Shown here piece after piece: positions 1 to 9,630 of a stretch of DNA of 64,000 nt. How positions within the stretch are numbered: the first letter of the stretch is position 1; every line of letters starts with the position of its first letter. Source of the stretch: Candidatus Saccharimonadota bacterium (GTDB lineage Bacteria; Patescibacteriota; Saccharimonadia; Saccharimonadales; OFTM59); the NCBI GenBank assembly GCA_029260855.1, contig JAJDCK010000004.1, positions 18,312 through 82,311 of the forward strand, written 5' to 3'. The notes below the pieces were generated by a model. It made no database searches and was not told the DNA's origin. It worked only from the letters and a program-made list of their open reading frames with translations. The translations under genes were made by a program, and so were the position numbers.

Positions 1-69
1 GTAGAATCGTTTGACCAACATGACCACGACCATTAGCGCACGTATAACTAACTAGGGTACAATATACTT

Positions 70-1137
70 ATGGATATTGGCGGAATTTTACTGGGGGCAG
101 TTATAGTTGCTGGGATTGTAGTCCCTGCAATTTATTTCTTTGGCCAAAAATTTATTTTGCAGCTTACCAACACACATGAAGAGAAGCGCAAGGACAGCAA
201 GCAAGAGATTGAGTCCGGTGTTAAAGACATCGTTGCTAACAACCAAAAACTTATTAGCGAAATTATGAAAGGCTTAGAGAAGCAGCTGCAAGGTAGCCGT
301 GAAGAAGTAGGCGATTTACGCAAGCAAAACGCCGCCATCCGCGAACAATTGGCTAATACAGCCAAGATAACCGAAGGGCTGCAAGTGTCTACAGATAGCC
401 TAAAGAACTTGCTGTCAAACAACAGGTTACGTGGTGTTTGGGGTGAGCAAGTGGCCGAAGACTTGTTGCTTGCAGCTGGTTTTGTGGAAGGTTCAAACTT
501 TACGAAACAGTCGGCCACTAGCGAAGGTCGTCCTGACTTCACAATATTATTGCCTGATGGCGCTAAGCTTAACGTGGATGCAAAATTCCCGTTTGACGAT
601 CTGATGGAGTATCAAGAGGCTAAAACTGAGGCAGCCAAGAAACAGGCATTGGCTAAGTTCAGTAACTCCATCAAGATGAAAGTAAAGGGTATAACATCTA
701 AGGACTATATAAATCCGCAAGATCAAACCCTGGATTTTGTAGTGATGTTTATACCGAACGAAATGATATTTAGTTTTATATATGAAAAGATGCCAGAGAT
801 TAATGAATACTGCAACCAGCGCAAAGTGGTGCTTGCTGGGCCATTCGGTTTTACCGCAGTGCTCAGGCTGGTAATGCAGGCGCATAAAAACTTTGGCTAT
901 GAAAAGCATCTGCAGGAAATATTTGGGCTTGTTTCTAAGTTTCAGGAAGAATACGCAAAATTTGGTGACAGCATGCAGAAGCTCGGTAGCCAGTTAACTA
1001 CTGCTCAAAAGACATTTCAGGAGGTAGAAGGCACAAGAAGTCGTCAATTAACAAAAGTAGTCGACCAAATAAGCAATCACTCTGAGCTGCAAATAGACAC
1101 GCCTTCGGTCAAAGGCCCGTTGGAAATTGAGAGATAA
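70..1137 (+). CDS. rmuC: DNA recombination protein RmuC
   Basis: N-terminal TM helix, coiled coil, RGVWGE and RPD..VDAKFP nuclease-like motifs, FVVMFIPNE. Confidence 0.92.
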   Translation: MDIGGILLGAVIVAGIVVPAIYFFGQKFILQLTNTHEEKRKDSKQEIESGVKDIVANNQKLISEIMKGLEKQLQGSREEVGDLRKQNAAIREQLANTAKITEGLQVSTDSLKNLLSNNRLRGVWGEQVAEDLLLAAGFVEGSNFTKQSATSEGRPDFTILLPDGAKLNVDAKFPFDDLMEYQEAKTEAAKKQALAKFSNSIKMKVKGITSKDYINPQDQTLDFVVMFIPNEMIFSFIYEKMPEINEYCNQRKVVLAGPFGFTAVLRLVMQAHKNFGYEKHLQEIFGLVSKFQEEYAKFGDSMQKLGSQLTTAQKTFQEVEGTRSRQLTKVVDQISNHSELQIDTPSVKGPLEIER

Positions 1138-1139
1138 TT

Positions 1140-2300
1140 GTGAGGATTGTGATTGTCGGCGGCGGGTTTGCGGGTATTAAGACAGCACTTGAACTGGGCA
1201 ATAAGCCTGGTTTTGAGATTACACTTATTTCAGAACGGGCTAACTTTGAGTATCATGGCGCCCTATACCGTTCTGGCACTGGCCGTTCACCGTTAGAAGT
1301 GGTAATACCTCTGCGCGATATATTGCCGCGAGCTAAGAATGTTACATTTGTCCAAGACAAAATTATAGGGATTGACGCACCGAAGAAACGAGTAATCAGT
1401 GAAACCGGCAACATATATCCTTATGACAGGCTCGTTTTAGCCATGGGCAACGTCGTTAATTATTTTGGTATCAGTAATATGGATGAACTCAGCATGAGCC
1501 TAGACACCATAGCAAACACCATCACATTAAGGCACAGGCTAACAGAGCTGTTTAAAAGTCAAAAGCCAAATATCAAGATTGCTGTCATTGGAGCCGGGCC
1601 CGCCGGCGTAGAGCTTGCGGGCGAGCTTCAGCATTATGCTCGGCTGGTTGCAGAGAAATACAAAAAACAAGTCAAAAAGGTGAGCGTCATACTCGTGGAT
1701 GGTGCGGCTCGAGTATTGCCGACGCTTTTACCTGAGGCATCCAAGAAAGCACTTGCGCGCTTGAGGCGATTAGGTGTGCATGTTCGACTTAATACACAGC
1801 TTAATTCCTGCGAACCCGGTAAGGTTTGTCTGGATAGTGGAGATTTAGAAGCGGATTTGATCGTGTGGACGGCAGGCAGCCATGCCGTCAACTTTTACTC
1901 TAATCATCCTGAAATATTTACAATGGAGCATGGTAGGGTTAGGGTTAACCAATACTTACAGGTAGCAGATAGGCCGGATATTTATGTCCTTGGTGACAAT
2001 GCGTCAACACCGTACTCTGGTATGGCCCAAACAGCTCTGTCTGACGCGAAATTCTTAGCGGCTAATTTGATCCGCGAAAAGGCTGGGCAACCAGTGCAAT
2101 GGTATAAAGCACAAAAACCGATTTATGCGGTGCCCATTGGACCGCATTGGGCGATAATACAAACCGCTACAAAAGTTATGAGTGGTACACGGGCTTGGCT
2201 GGTGCGTCGTCGTGCCGATTTAGCCATCTATCGTAATTTTGAACCATACAAACAAGCGCTTAAGACCTATCGCAAAGGCAACCGGCTGGCCGATTTTTAA
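1140..2300 (+). CDS. ndh: Type II NADH dehydrogenase-like FAD-dependent oxidoreductase
   Basis: Two Rossmann motifs (GGGFAG, GAGPAGVELAGE), WTAG, VLGD..AQTA. Confidence 0.85.
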   Translation: MRIVIVGGGFAGIKTALELGNKPGFEITLISERANFEYHGALYRSGTGRSPLEVVIPLRDILPRAKNVTFVQDKIIGIDAPKKRVISETGNIYPYDRLVLAMGNVVNYFGISNMDELSMSLDTIANTITLRHRLTELFKSQKPNIKIAVIGAGPAGVELAGELQHYARLVAEKYKKQVKKVSVILVDGAARVLPTLLPEASKKALARLRRLGVHVRLNTQLNSCEPGKVCLDSGDLEADLIVWTAGSHAVNFYSNHPEIFTMEHGRVRVNQYLQVADRPDIYVLGDNASTPYSGMAQTALSDAKFLAANLIREKAGQPVQWYKAQKPIYAVPIGPHWAIIQTATKVMSGTRAWLVRRRADLAIYRNFEPYKQALKTYRKGNRLADF

Positions 2301-2308
2301 AAATAAAA

Positions 2309-3421
2309 CTATCTATGAAAAGCATATCGTTCAATAGCCCAACTTAACGCGGGGTAACAGGATAAACTGACATGACCACCGGGAGTTTGAAGTACTTCAA
2401 CTTGATCCGCTGCGAGATTGGTGACAGATTTTCCTAAGAAATATATTTGATTTACAAATCGTTTTATATCTTCAGGATTGCTGTACAAACGATCTTGATA
2501 TGGAAAATGTAGCGTCATCATGGCTTCCTGCTGATGTTCTAGGGCTGCGACCGTATCTCTTGCGGCTGGATCGGCTTTTTCTAGGCTTCCATGGCTAAAT
2601 GTTTTTGCATCCGTCAATAAACGATTTAATGCATGGTCTTTTCTAAAGCGTTTGGGTGTTCCGTGGGCGTATAAATTGTTTAAACTAGGCTTTGCTTCCG
2701 CTCGCATTTGATCGGTCCGCTTCCAGGGATCATCGGAAACCTGAAGATAAATTTTCTTATCAATGTAATCTCCAGCAGCCATCGTTTCTGCCCATGCATA
2801 CGGGAGAGGGTGATTACTTATATTCGGACGACTTTTTAAGCATGCGTGTGTGATTTGATTTTTATCCAAGGCGCTCATAAGCCCTGTGACTACAGCGGCC
2901 CCAGCTGAGCTTGCTACTAAACGCGTTACTAAATAATCAGATGCTTTTAAGGCTCGTGCCATGGCCTGAAGAGTAGGTAGGGGTTGGTCTTCGTATGTAA
3001 ATCTTCCGTAACACTGCAAATATACACGCTCCACCTTATCCCAGTCACTAGAATTACCGACACCTGGGCGTGCGATCAACAGGCGTGGACGGTCGTGAGC
3101 CGCGCTATGTGCAGCAAATTCCAGTGCAACACGCGGGTGACCGCTTAAACTGGTGGTTAAAGGAGATATTTCAGCATCTATGCCGTGAGACCAAGTAGAG
3201 CCCTGATTAGCTAAACCGACCTCAAAGACTTTTTCCGTAATAGGGTCTTGAATTACCCCATAAGTTCCATTTATATCATCAAGTGCCGCAAGGTAATTAT
3301 TATGTACTATGCTCGGACGCTCTAGCCACAAAGCCTCACTTTTTAGTTGCCCTTCTTCAAAGAAAGATCTTTCGACATTAAACTGCTCGCTATTGCCATA
3401 AGTGTATTTGTTGCATGGCAT
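2309..3421 (-). CDS. Hypothetical protein, possible alpha/beta-hydrolase fold
   Basis: 370 aa ORF; ASSAG nucleophile-elbow-like motif, then YQD and PGGH near C-terminus. Confidence 0.5.
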   Translation of the reverse strand: MPCNKYTYGNSEQFNVERSFFEEGQLKSEALWLERPSIVHNNYLAALDDINGTYGVIQDPITEKVFEVGLANQGSTWSHGIDAEISPLTTSLSGHPRVALEFAAHSAAHDRPRLLIARPGVGNSSDWDKVERVYLQCYGRFTYEDQPLPTLQAMARALKASDYLVTRLVASSAGAAVVTGLMSALDKNQITHACLKSRPNISNHPLPYAWAETMAAGDYIDKKIYLQVSDDPWKRTDQMRAEAKPSLNNLYAHGTPKRFRKDHALNRLLTDAKTFSHGSLEKADPAARDTVAALEHQQEAMMTLHFPYQDRLYSNPEDIKRFVNQIYFLGKSVTNLAADQVEVLQTPGGHVSLSCYPALSWAIERYAFHR

Positions 3422-3452
3422 AACTGTTTAAGGACTAAACTGCTAATTAAAA

Positions 3453-4235
3453 TTAACTCGTCTTATCGCGAAGCATAGTAAGCTGACCAAGCATACGTTC
3501 AATAACGGACTTTTGGTCAACCTCTACGGGTAAACCATCAAGACAAAGTAATCTGGGTGAAGGCTCTAATCCGATAACAATATTGCGGGGAGCACTCGTG
3601 TCGGGCAAGAACTCTCCGGTATCTTCCCAGAGCCTAAGGCCTTGGACGGCTAAGTCATGAAGCTGGTCCTCAATGCCTGGGTATCCGGCTTTTAATATCT
3701 CAAGCTTTTCCGCATCAACCTCTTCCTTGTATGGATGGAATAACTTCGGGTCATATAACTTTGGACAGAACTCCTGCGCTGTTATAACAGCGGTTTCGCC
3801 AGGCTTTATAGGATGTTTACCAACATAGCTTACCTGAGGCAAAACCATCGGTCCTAAATAATCCCTTAATAGCTTATGTTGCATGTTAAAGCCGATCGCT
3901 GTACTTAGGCGATCACTTCCGTTCATACGCACACTTCTACGATGTGCCTTTAAGATATCGTGTGGATCATTAACATTTACAACTGCAGTGTGTAGAGTGC
4001 CAGCTCCTTCAAATCTAAAACCATTACCTGTCATTTCATCAAGATCGACCCCAATCATCTTCGCAGTTGTGTACGGAAACGCCTGAACAAACTCCACAAT
4101 AGCCGTTTCATAAATTTTACCTGCAAGAGTCATTTGTCCAATGTGATGAAGTCGTGATTCAAGCTGTTCTTCGCCAGCCTGCACGCACGCAAAATTACGC
4201 TCAATTTCGTCAACAACTTCTGCTACGTACTTCAT
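3453..4235 (-). CDS. Hypothetical protein-kinase-like protein (paralog of 42714..43397)
   Basis: GAG loop, ILKAHRRS, LPDT..RN, CLD; ATG at 4235 preferred over upstream in-frame starts. Confidence 0.55.
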   Translation of the reverse strand: MKYVAEVVDEIERNFACVQAGEEQLESRLHHIGQMTLAGKIYETAIVEFVQAFPYTTAKMIGVDLDEMTGNGFRFEGAGTLHTAVVNVNDPHDILKAHRRSVRMNGSDRLSTAIGFNMQHKLLRDYLGPMVLPQVSYVGKHPIKPGETAVITAQEFCPKLYDPKLFHPYKEEVDAEKLEILKAGYPGIEDQLHDLAVQGLRLWEDTGEFLPDTSAPRNIVIGLEPSPRLLCLDGLPVEVDQKSVIERMLGQLTMLRDKTS

Positions 4236-4309
4236 ATAAGCAATTATAACACATACTAGACACATATACAACAGAAATGTTGCTACAACCACAGACTTTA
4301 AAAATTAAC

Positions 4310-5620
4310 TTATTTAAGTAAATCAATGGTTAGGGCTGCGGTCCAGGAAAAGTTGTGAGCGCCAGCGGGGGTGCCGTCTAGCGGAGAAAAATATTCTCTA
4401 AAGCCACCTTTGGCGACCATTTCAATAGTAGATTCTGCTAGGGCCAGCGCATGGTCTTTAAAGCCGTTTCTCTTTAGACCATCAATAATCAGCCAATTCA
4501 TATTTGCCCAGACTGGACCCTGCCAATAACCATGTTCTTTAAACCATGACGAATTGATAGGTACTGTGGGCACAGGATAAGCTGGGCCAAAGATATGACG
4601 GTTTTCTAGATGCTTAACTAGTACTGTGGCGCGTTCTTTGCTGATACAGCCAGCATAAAGTGGCAATAGAGTGGCAATGCTCGGCTCTTTGATAAGTTTA
4701 TGAGTAGTAAAGTGACGCGAGTAATATTGATTGCTGTAGGGATCCCAAAGCTTCTCCAGGGCGTCTTCGGTCTTTTTCATTTGCGTAAGTAGGTCTTCTG
4801 GTAGATCTATTTTGATCGTTGAGGCTATTTTGGTTAGTAGCTTGTCGGCTCTTATAAGAATACAGTTAAAGTTCAAGTCTTCAATCGCAAACAAAGAATG
4901 GTCTAGGATGCGATTGGTATCATAGCCCTTGCGACGTAAACGTCTCTGTGTACTAAATAATACAAGCGCATCAAGATTAGACATGCGTTGCACAGCTGGA
5001 ATAAAATGGGTGTCTCGCCTGAATAAATTAATCAATACATCCAACCGTAGTTTATCTACGACTCTAATCCAAACTGGTAGCTGGTGGTCGCGAAGCCCGC
5101 GCATCCATGGCGGAGTATTATCTAGGCCGGATTCCCACGGATGCAGAAGCAGGACCAGGCCTTCTTGGTGCGGATCTCTCTCGCTGTGTAGCCATTGGTG
5201 AAAAGCTAACAGAGCTGGAAAAGTCTTTTTATACCAAGTGCGACGTTCTGGTAATGACAACTTTTGGCCAATACGATATATGGCCTCAGCAAGCATCGGT
5301 GGCTGAGTTATGCCGGTGGTATCTACATGATCCGGTGCGTTTGGGTTGATCCAGCTGCGCCAAATGTTGTGGTCGCGTCTGTATCCCGGAGCCATGACTA
5401 TATTAGGCAGCATTCCGTTATGCCACTGCCCGCTCAAGAGGTGCAAAATCTCAGTTTGAGCCCGATCAATATCATAATGTCGCTGGCCGATTGCGATAAA
5501 ACAGCTATCCCACAGCCACTGGTGCGGATACGGCCCTTCAGCAGGAACAGTATATGAACCCTGGTCGTTCATTTCTAAAACTGACTTTGCTTGCTTTAAA
5601 AGCTCCAGCTGTTCGTTCAT
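4310..5620 (-). CDS. GH63/MGH1-like glycoside hydrolase (glucosyl/mannosylglycerate hydrolase or trehalase-like)
   Basis: YPHQWLWDS, TQPP, HPWESGLDN, YWQGPVW, FREYF, FSWTAA motifs. Confidence 0.88.
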   Translation of the reverse strand: MNEQLELLKQAKSVLEMNDQGSYTVPAEGPYPHQWLWDSCFIAIGQRHYDIDRAQTEILHLLSGQWHNGMLPNIVMAPGYRRDHNIWRSWINPNAPDHVDTTGITQPPMLAEAIYRIGQKLSLPERRTWYKKTFPALLAFHQWLHSERDPHQEGLVLLLHPWESGLDNTPPWMRGLRDHQLPVWIRVVDKLRLDVLINLFRRDTHFIPAVQRMSNLDALVLFSTQRRLRRKGYDTNRILDHSLFAIEDLNFNCILIRADKLLTKIASTIKIDLPEDLLTQMKKTEDALEKLWDPYSNQYYSRHFTTHKLIKEPSIATLLPLYAGCISKERATVLVKHLENRHIFGPAYPVPTVPINSSWFKEHGYWQGPVWANMNWLIIDGLKRNGFKDHALALAESTIEMVAKGGFREYFSPLDGTPAGAHNFSWTAALTIDLLK

Positions 5621-5659
5621 TTAATAACAGTATAACGTACATGCTTCCGGCACAGATAG

Positions 5660-6451
5660 TTAGAGCATCTTTGAGACTGGTTGCGCGCTTTTCCAAAGTG
5701 CTATAAAGATAGACCTTTGCGTGTTTACGAACTGGTCGCTCTCTATCTCAAAACCATTAATCTCCCTTCCTTTTAAGTACATCTGAGTATACACATTGTT
5801 ATAAATGAATGTTTCTCCTTTAATAGGAACATCTTTTTTATTAATGGCACGAATGTTTTCAATTGTTGTCCGTGACGTAGATGAGCCTAGATTGGTTTTA
5901 ATTGAATCAAGCACACGAGTATAGGGGTTAATTAATACGTGTTCACTAAAACTACGACGATATGATTCACTAACGAAACTTTTATAAAATCTAGCTCCAA
6001 CATAATTGCTCCGTCCCCATTCGCTATATACGCAGACCACATCTTTAGCCTTTAATGTATTCCACATCAACTGTCGAGCACCAGCCACGCCTTTGTAATA
6101 TCTAACAGTCGTTGGTTGTTGAGTACCGCTTTCTTCAGATAATGCAATTGTTTTTTCAAGCCGCTGTAATATCTTTGCCTGCTCCTGGATCTGAACAACT
6201 CGTTCTCTGAGAACATGTTTCATCACGCTTACTGAATATGGCTGCAAGGTCTTGTACCCGTCCTTTATTACTTCTTCTGCTAGCCCGAGCTTAAGAAGGA
6301 CGTTCAAATTTTCATAAACGGAACTACGAGGCGTTTGTGTGAAACGAGCAATTTCCGCAATACGCAAATTTGGATATTTCAGCAATGTTACATATAACTC
6401 TGCTTGCTTATTGGTGAGACCGAGTTTCTCTAGCTCGCTAAGTGTGTTCAT
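5660..6451 (-). CDS. TrmB-family transcriptional regulator
   Basis: LGLTNKQAELYVTLL, PRSSVYENL HTH, VRYYKG effector-domain start; ATG at 6451 preferred. Confidence 0.85.
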   Translation of the reverse strand: MNTLSELEKLGLTNKQAELYVTLLKYPNLRIAEIARFTQTPRSSVYENLNVLLKLGLAEEVIKDGYKTLQPYSVSVMKHVLRERVVQIQEQAKILQRLEKTIALSEESGTQQPTTVRYYKGVAGARQLMWNTLKAKDVVCVYSEWGRSNYVGARFYKSFVSESYRRSFSEHVLINPYTRVLDSIKTNLGSSTSRTTIENIRAINKKDVPIKGETFIYNNVYTQMYLKGREINGFEIESDQFVNTQRSIFIALWKSAQPVSKML

Positions 6452-6549
6452 AAAAATATTTTCTGATATGACGACTATGTCCGTCGTCATCTTTGCGTAT
6501 ATTTCAGTAGAACACATACTTCAATATATATCAATCAGGAGCATGCACT

Positions 6550-7431
6550 ATGTCATACAAATCCAGCGGAATTAAAATAAATATTCCAGTAATGAACGCT
6601 GCTTGCAGCATCACAAAAAGCATGGAAGACCTGGAGGCGCTTTTAGCAACGAGAGCTGATACTGTAGTCTTGGGATCGGTCACTTGGCTTGGTCGTCAAG
6701 CGAACCCAGAACCAAACTGGTTTGCCGGCGATGATCAAGGATTTGCACTTAATAGCGTCAGTATGCCGAATGAAGGCCATGAATGGTACCAAACAAATTT
6801 GCCCGAAATGGTTGAACGTACACATGCGGCTGGAAAGCGCCTGTTACTAAACGTAGCGGGCTTTAGTACAGATGAATATTCTCAACTTGCTGAGATGGCT
6901 AAAAATGGCAACGTAGATGGGGTTGAGTTTAATCTTGGATGCCCGAACACGGTTGAAGCGGGGTGGCAAAATCCAATTTTTAGTTTTGATGTAGATGCGC
7001 TTCAGATTGTATTGAGAGGGGCAGATAGAATTCTCTCGCCGAAAACACCTTACATGGTAAAATTATCACCTTATAGCAATCCGGCAGAGTTAAGCCGGGT
7101 TGCGAGCGTTATTGGCGAATCAAAGGCGGGTGGGGTTGTAACTACCAATACTTTTCCTAATAGCTATTGGCAAAACAATGCGGGCCGCGCGGTAATTTTG
7201 CCGAACAATGGACTGGCCGGTATGAGCGGTGAAGCCATGCTACCAATCGGTCTCGGTCAGGTAAAGCAGTTTAGGCAGCAACTGCCGGAGTCTAAAATCG
7301 TGATTGGCGTTGGCGGCATTACACGACCCGAGCATATAGAACAATATCTTCGCGCAGGAGCTGCAGCAGTGCAGGTGGCTACATATATCGTTAGAAACGG
7401 ACATCAGGCAATTAACGATTTGATTATGTAA
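6550..7431 (+). CDS. pyrD: Dihydroorotate dehydrogenase, class 1-like
   Basis: EFNLGCPN (catalytic Cys), VKLSPY, TTNT, GMSG, GVGGI. Confidence 0.85.
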   Translation: MSYKSSGIKINIPVMNAACSITKSMEDLEALLATRADTVVLGSVTWLGRQANPEPNWFAGDDQGFALNSVSMPNEGHEWYQTNLPEMVERTHAAGKRLLLNVAGFSTDEYSQLAEMAKNGNVDGVEFNLGCPNTVEAGWQNPIFSFDVDALQIVLRGADRILSPKTPYMVKLSPYSNPAELSRVASVIGESKAGGVVTTNTFPNSYWQNNAGRAVILPNNGLAGMSGEAMLPIGLGQVKQFRQQLPESKIVIGVGGITRPEHIEQYLRAGAAAVQVATYIVRNGHQAINDLIM

Positions 7432-7437
7432 ATGATG

Positions 7438-7932
7438 TTAGCGGTAGTTTGTGAAGCTTAATGGAAAATCAAAGTCTTGAGCGCGTAGCAGTTGCATGAC
7501 CCCCTGCAGGTCGTCTTTACTGCCGCTCGTGACTCGCACTGCATCACCCTGAATCTGTGCTTTTGCTTTTGGAAATTTTTCTCTGAGCAGGGCGGTAATC
7601 TTCTTGGCTTTTTCTTGATCTAAGCCTTGTTTAAAAGGTACTTCTTTAGTCGTTTTCAGGTTACTTGTTACGGGCTCCTTTGAAATATCCAGGACCTTCT
7701 GACTTTGATTGCGGGCAGCCAGCTTTTTGCGCACAATGTCTATAATCGCATCAATTTGAAAGTCACTATTGCCGGTAATCTTAAAACCGTTTTTATCGTC
7801 TTGCCACTCAAGGGCAGCCGGTGTGTTCTTAAAGTCATAGCGATTATCTATTTCGCGCTGAACCTGGTCAAAGACGTTGTTCATCTCCGCCTTATCATAT
7901 TCACTAACCACATCAAACGAAAACTGCGCCAT
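7438..7932 (-). CDS. yajQ: YajQ family nucleotide/c-di-GMP-binding protein
   Basis: FSFDVVS, RYDFK, AQIQGDAVRV, FTNYR. Confidence 0.95.
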   Translation of the reverse strand: MAQFSFDVVSEYDKAEMNNVFDQVQREIDNRYDFKNTPAALEWQDDKNGFKITGNSDFQIDAIIDIVRKKLAARNQSQKVLDISKEPVTSNLKTTKEVPFKQGLDQEKAKKITALLREKFPKAKAQIQGDAVRVTSGSKDDLQGVMQLLRAQDFDFPLSFTNYR

Positions 7933-7937
7933 AACTG

Positions 7938-7949
7938 TATGGTACCATA
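7938..7949. promoter_or_regulatory. Palindromic bidirectional -10 element (TATGGTACCATA)
   Basis: TACCAT on both strands, 6 and 7 nt from the divergent ATGs of yajQ and the FMN reductase. Confidence 0.6.
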
Positions 7950-7955
7950 TCTGTT

Positions 7956-8552
7956 ATGAAGATTGTGGTTGTTTCGGGGAGCATGCGCGACAAATCTCAA
8001 AGCTATAGTGTTGCTGAATATTTACAGAAACGACTGGCTGGCATGGAGTTGGATGCAGACCTGGTGGATCTAAATAAGCAACGGTTGCCTCTGTTTGATG
8101 ATAGTGACACTGGCGAGTGGCAGAAAATTTGGGAGCCAATGGAAGAAGTCTTAGCCAAAGCTGATGGGTTTGTATTTGTGACGCCGGAGTGGGACGGCAT
8201 GTTTAGTGCGGGTCTGCACAACCTGTTCAACTATGTGGCGTCCGGATCTGACAAAAACACGATGGCGCACAAACCTGTCATGTTGGTCGGTGTGAGCAGT
8301 GGCATGGGTGGCGCGTATCCATTAGCCCAGCTGCGAATGACTGGGCCAAAAAATACGCACTTTGTTGTATCGCCGGAGAACTTACGGATTGCACAGGTCA
8401 AAGAAGTGTTAGTAGACGGCGAAATCGTGGTGGATGGTGTGCGCGAACGGGCCGAGTATTCGCTCAAAGTATTGATTGAGTATGCCAAGGCACTCAAGCC
8501 AATCCGTGAGTCCGATATACTAGACCTCAAAAAATTTGGCAGCGGCCAGTAG
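7956..8552 (+). CDS. NADPH-dependent FMN reductase
   Basis: SGSMR, FVTPEWDG, HKPV, SSGMGG flavodoxin-like motifs. Confidence 0.9.
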   Translation: MKIVVVSGSMRDKSQSYSVAEYLQKRLAGMELDADLVDLNKQRLPLFDDSDTGEWQKIWEPMEEVLAKADGFVFVTPEWDGMFSAGLHNLFNYVASGSDKNTMAHKPVMLVGVSSGMGGAYPLAQLRMTGPKNTHFVVSPENLRIAQVKEVLVDGEIVVDGVRERAEYSLKVLIEYAKALKPIRESDILDLKKFGSGQ

Positions 8553-8595
8553 GGGTTCAAAAACTTTACCCCTTGTCGTATACTGTTTGACAGAT

Positions 8596-9630
8596 ATGAG
8601 CTACAAAATTGCGGAAATTGCGAATGCTGCTGAGGTGCTGAAAAAGCGCCTGGCTAAGCTTGAGAATCGGGCTGATGTTTTGAAGGCGATTGAACTCAGG
8701 GCGCTGTATGAAGAGATCAAGACGCTGCCACCGGAGAAGCGGGCTGCGTTTGGCAAAGAAGTGAACCTGTTGAAGCAAGAACTTCAGGAATTAGCAGAAA
8801 GCAGTAAGCAGAAAGAAGTAAGCAAAGATCCAATTGATGTGACTGCGCCATTTGATGTGAACGTGCCGACGGACAAACGCCCGCAACTTCTCGCCAGCGA
8901 CAAAGGTAGCAAACACCCTATCATGAAAGAGATTGAAATTCTAAGCGACATCGCTCAGCGCATGGGCATGGAAGTTGTGGAGAGTCGACACCTTGACGAT
9001 GATTGGCACATGTTTACGAGTCTGAACTTTCCTAAAGATCATCCGGCGCGTGATGATTACGATACCTTTATGACCATGGAGGGCTTCATTGCCCCAGCGC
9101 ATACCAGCACTATGCAAAATCGAATTATTAGCGCTCGGAAGAAACAGCTGGAAGCAGGCGAGCCAATTTCTGTGCTGGTTCCTGACCGTGTGTTTCGTAA
9201 CGAAGACTTGGATGCGCGGCACGAGCACACCTTTCATCAGCACGAGGGCGTGTATGTAGGCAAAGACGTACATGTCGGGCAGCTGCTAGCAACACTCAAG
9301 ACGTTCCTGCAGGAGTATTTTGGCAAAGAGCTGGAGATTAAGACCCAGCCGTTCTACTTTCCTTTTACTGAGCCGAGCTTTGAGTTTGCCGTTAGCTGCC
9401 CGTTCTGTGATAAGGCTGGCTGTAAAGTCTGTGGCGAAGGCTGGATGGAAATCCTTGGGTGCGGTTTGATTCACCCGAATGTTCTAAGAATGGCTGGCGT
9501 TGATCCGACCCTGTACACCGGTTTTGCTTGGGGCGGCGGCGTGGAGCGCCTAGTGATGGTCAAATACAACATTGATGATGTCCGCTATTTCATGTCCGGC
9601 AAACTAGACTTTTTGAGGCAGTTTGTATGA
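8596..9630 (+). CDS. pheS: Phenylalanyl-tRNA synthetase alpha subunit
   Basis: HPARD, FRNED, FPFTEPS, GFAWGGGVER; ATG at 8596. Confidence 0.97.
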   Translation: MSYKIAEIANAAEVLKKRLAKLENRADVLKAIELRALYEEIKTLPPEKRAAFGKEVNLLKQELQELAESSKQKEVSKDPIDVTAPFDVNVPTDKRPQLLASDKGSKHPIMKEIEILSDIAQRMGMEVVESRHLDDDWHMFTSLNFPKDHPARDDYDTFMTMEGFIAPAHTSTMQNRIISARKKQLEAGEPISVLVPDRVFRNEDLDARHEHTFHQHEGVYVGKDVHVGQLLATLKTFLQEYFGKELEIKTQPFYFPFTEPSFEFAVSCPFCDKAGCKVCGEGWMEILGCGLIHPNVLRMAGVDPTLYTGFAWGGGVERLVMVKYNIDDVRYFMSGKLDFLRQFV

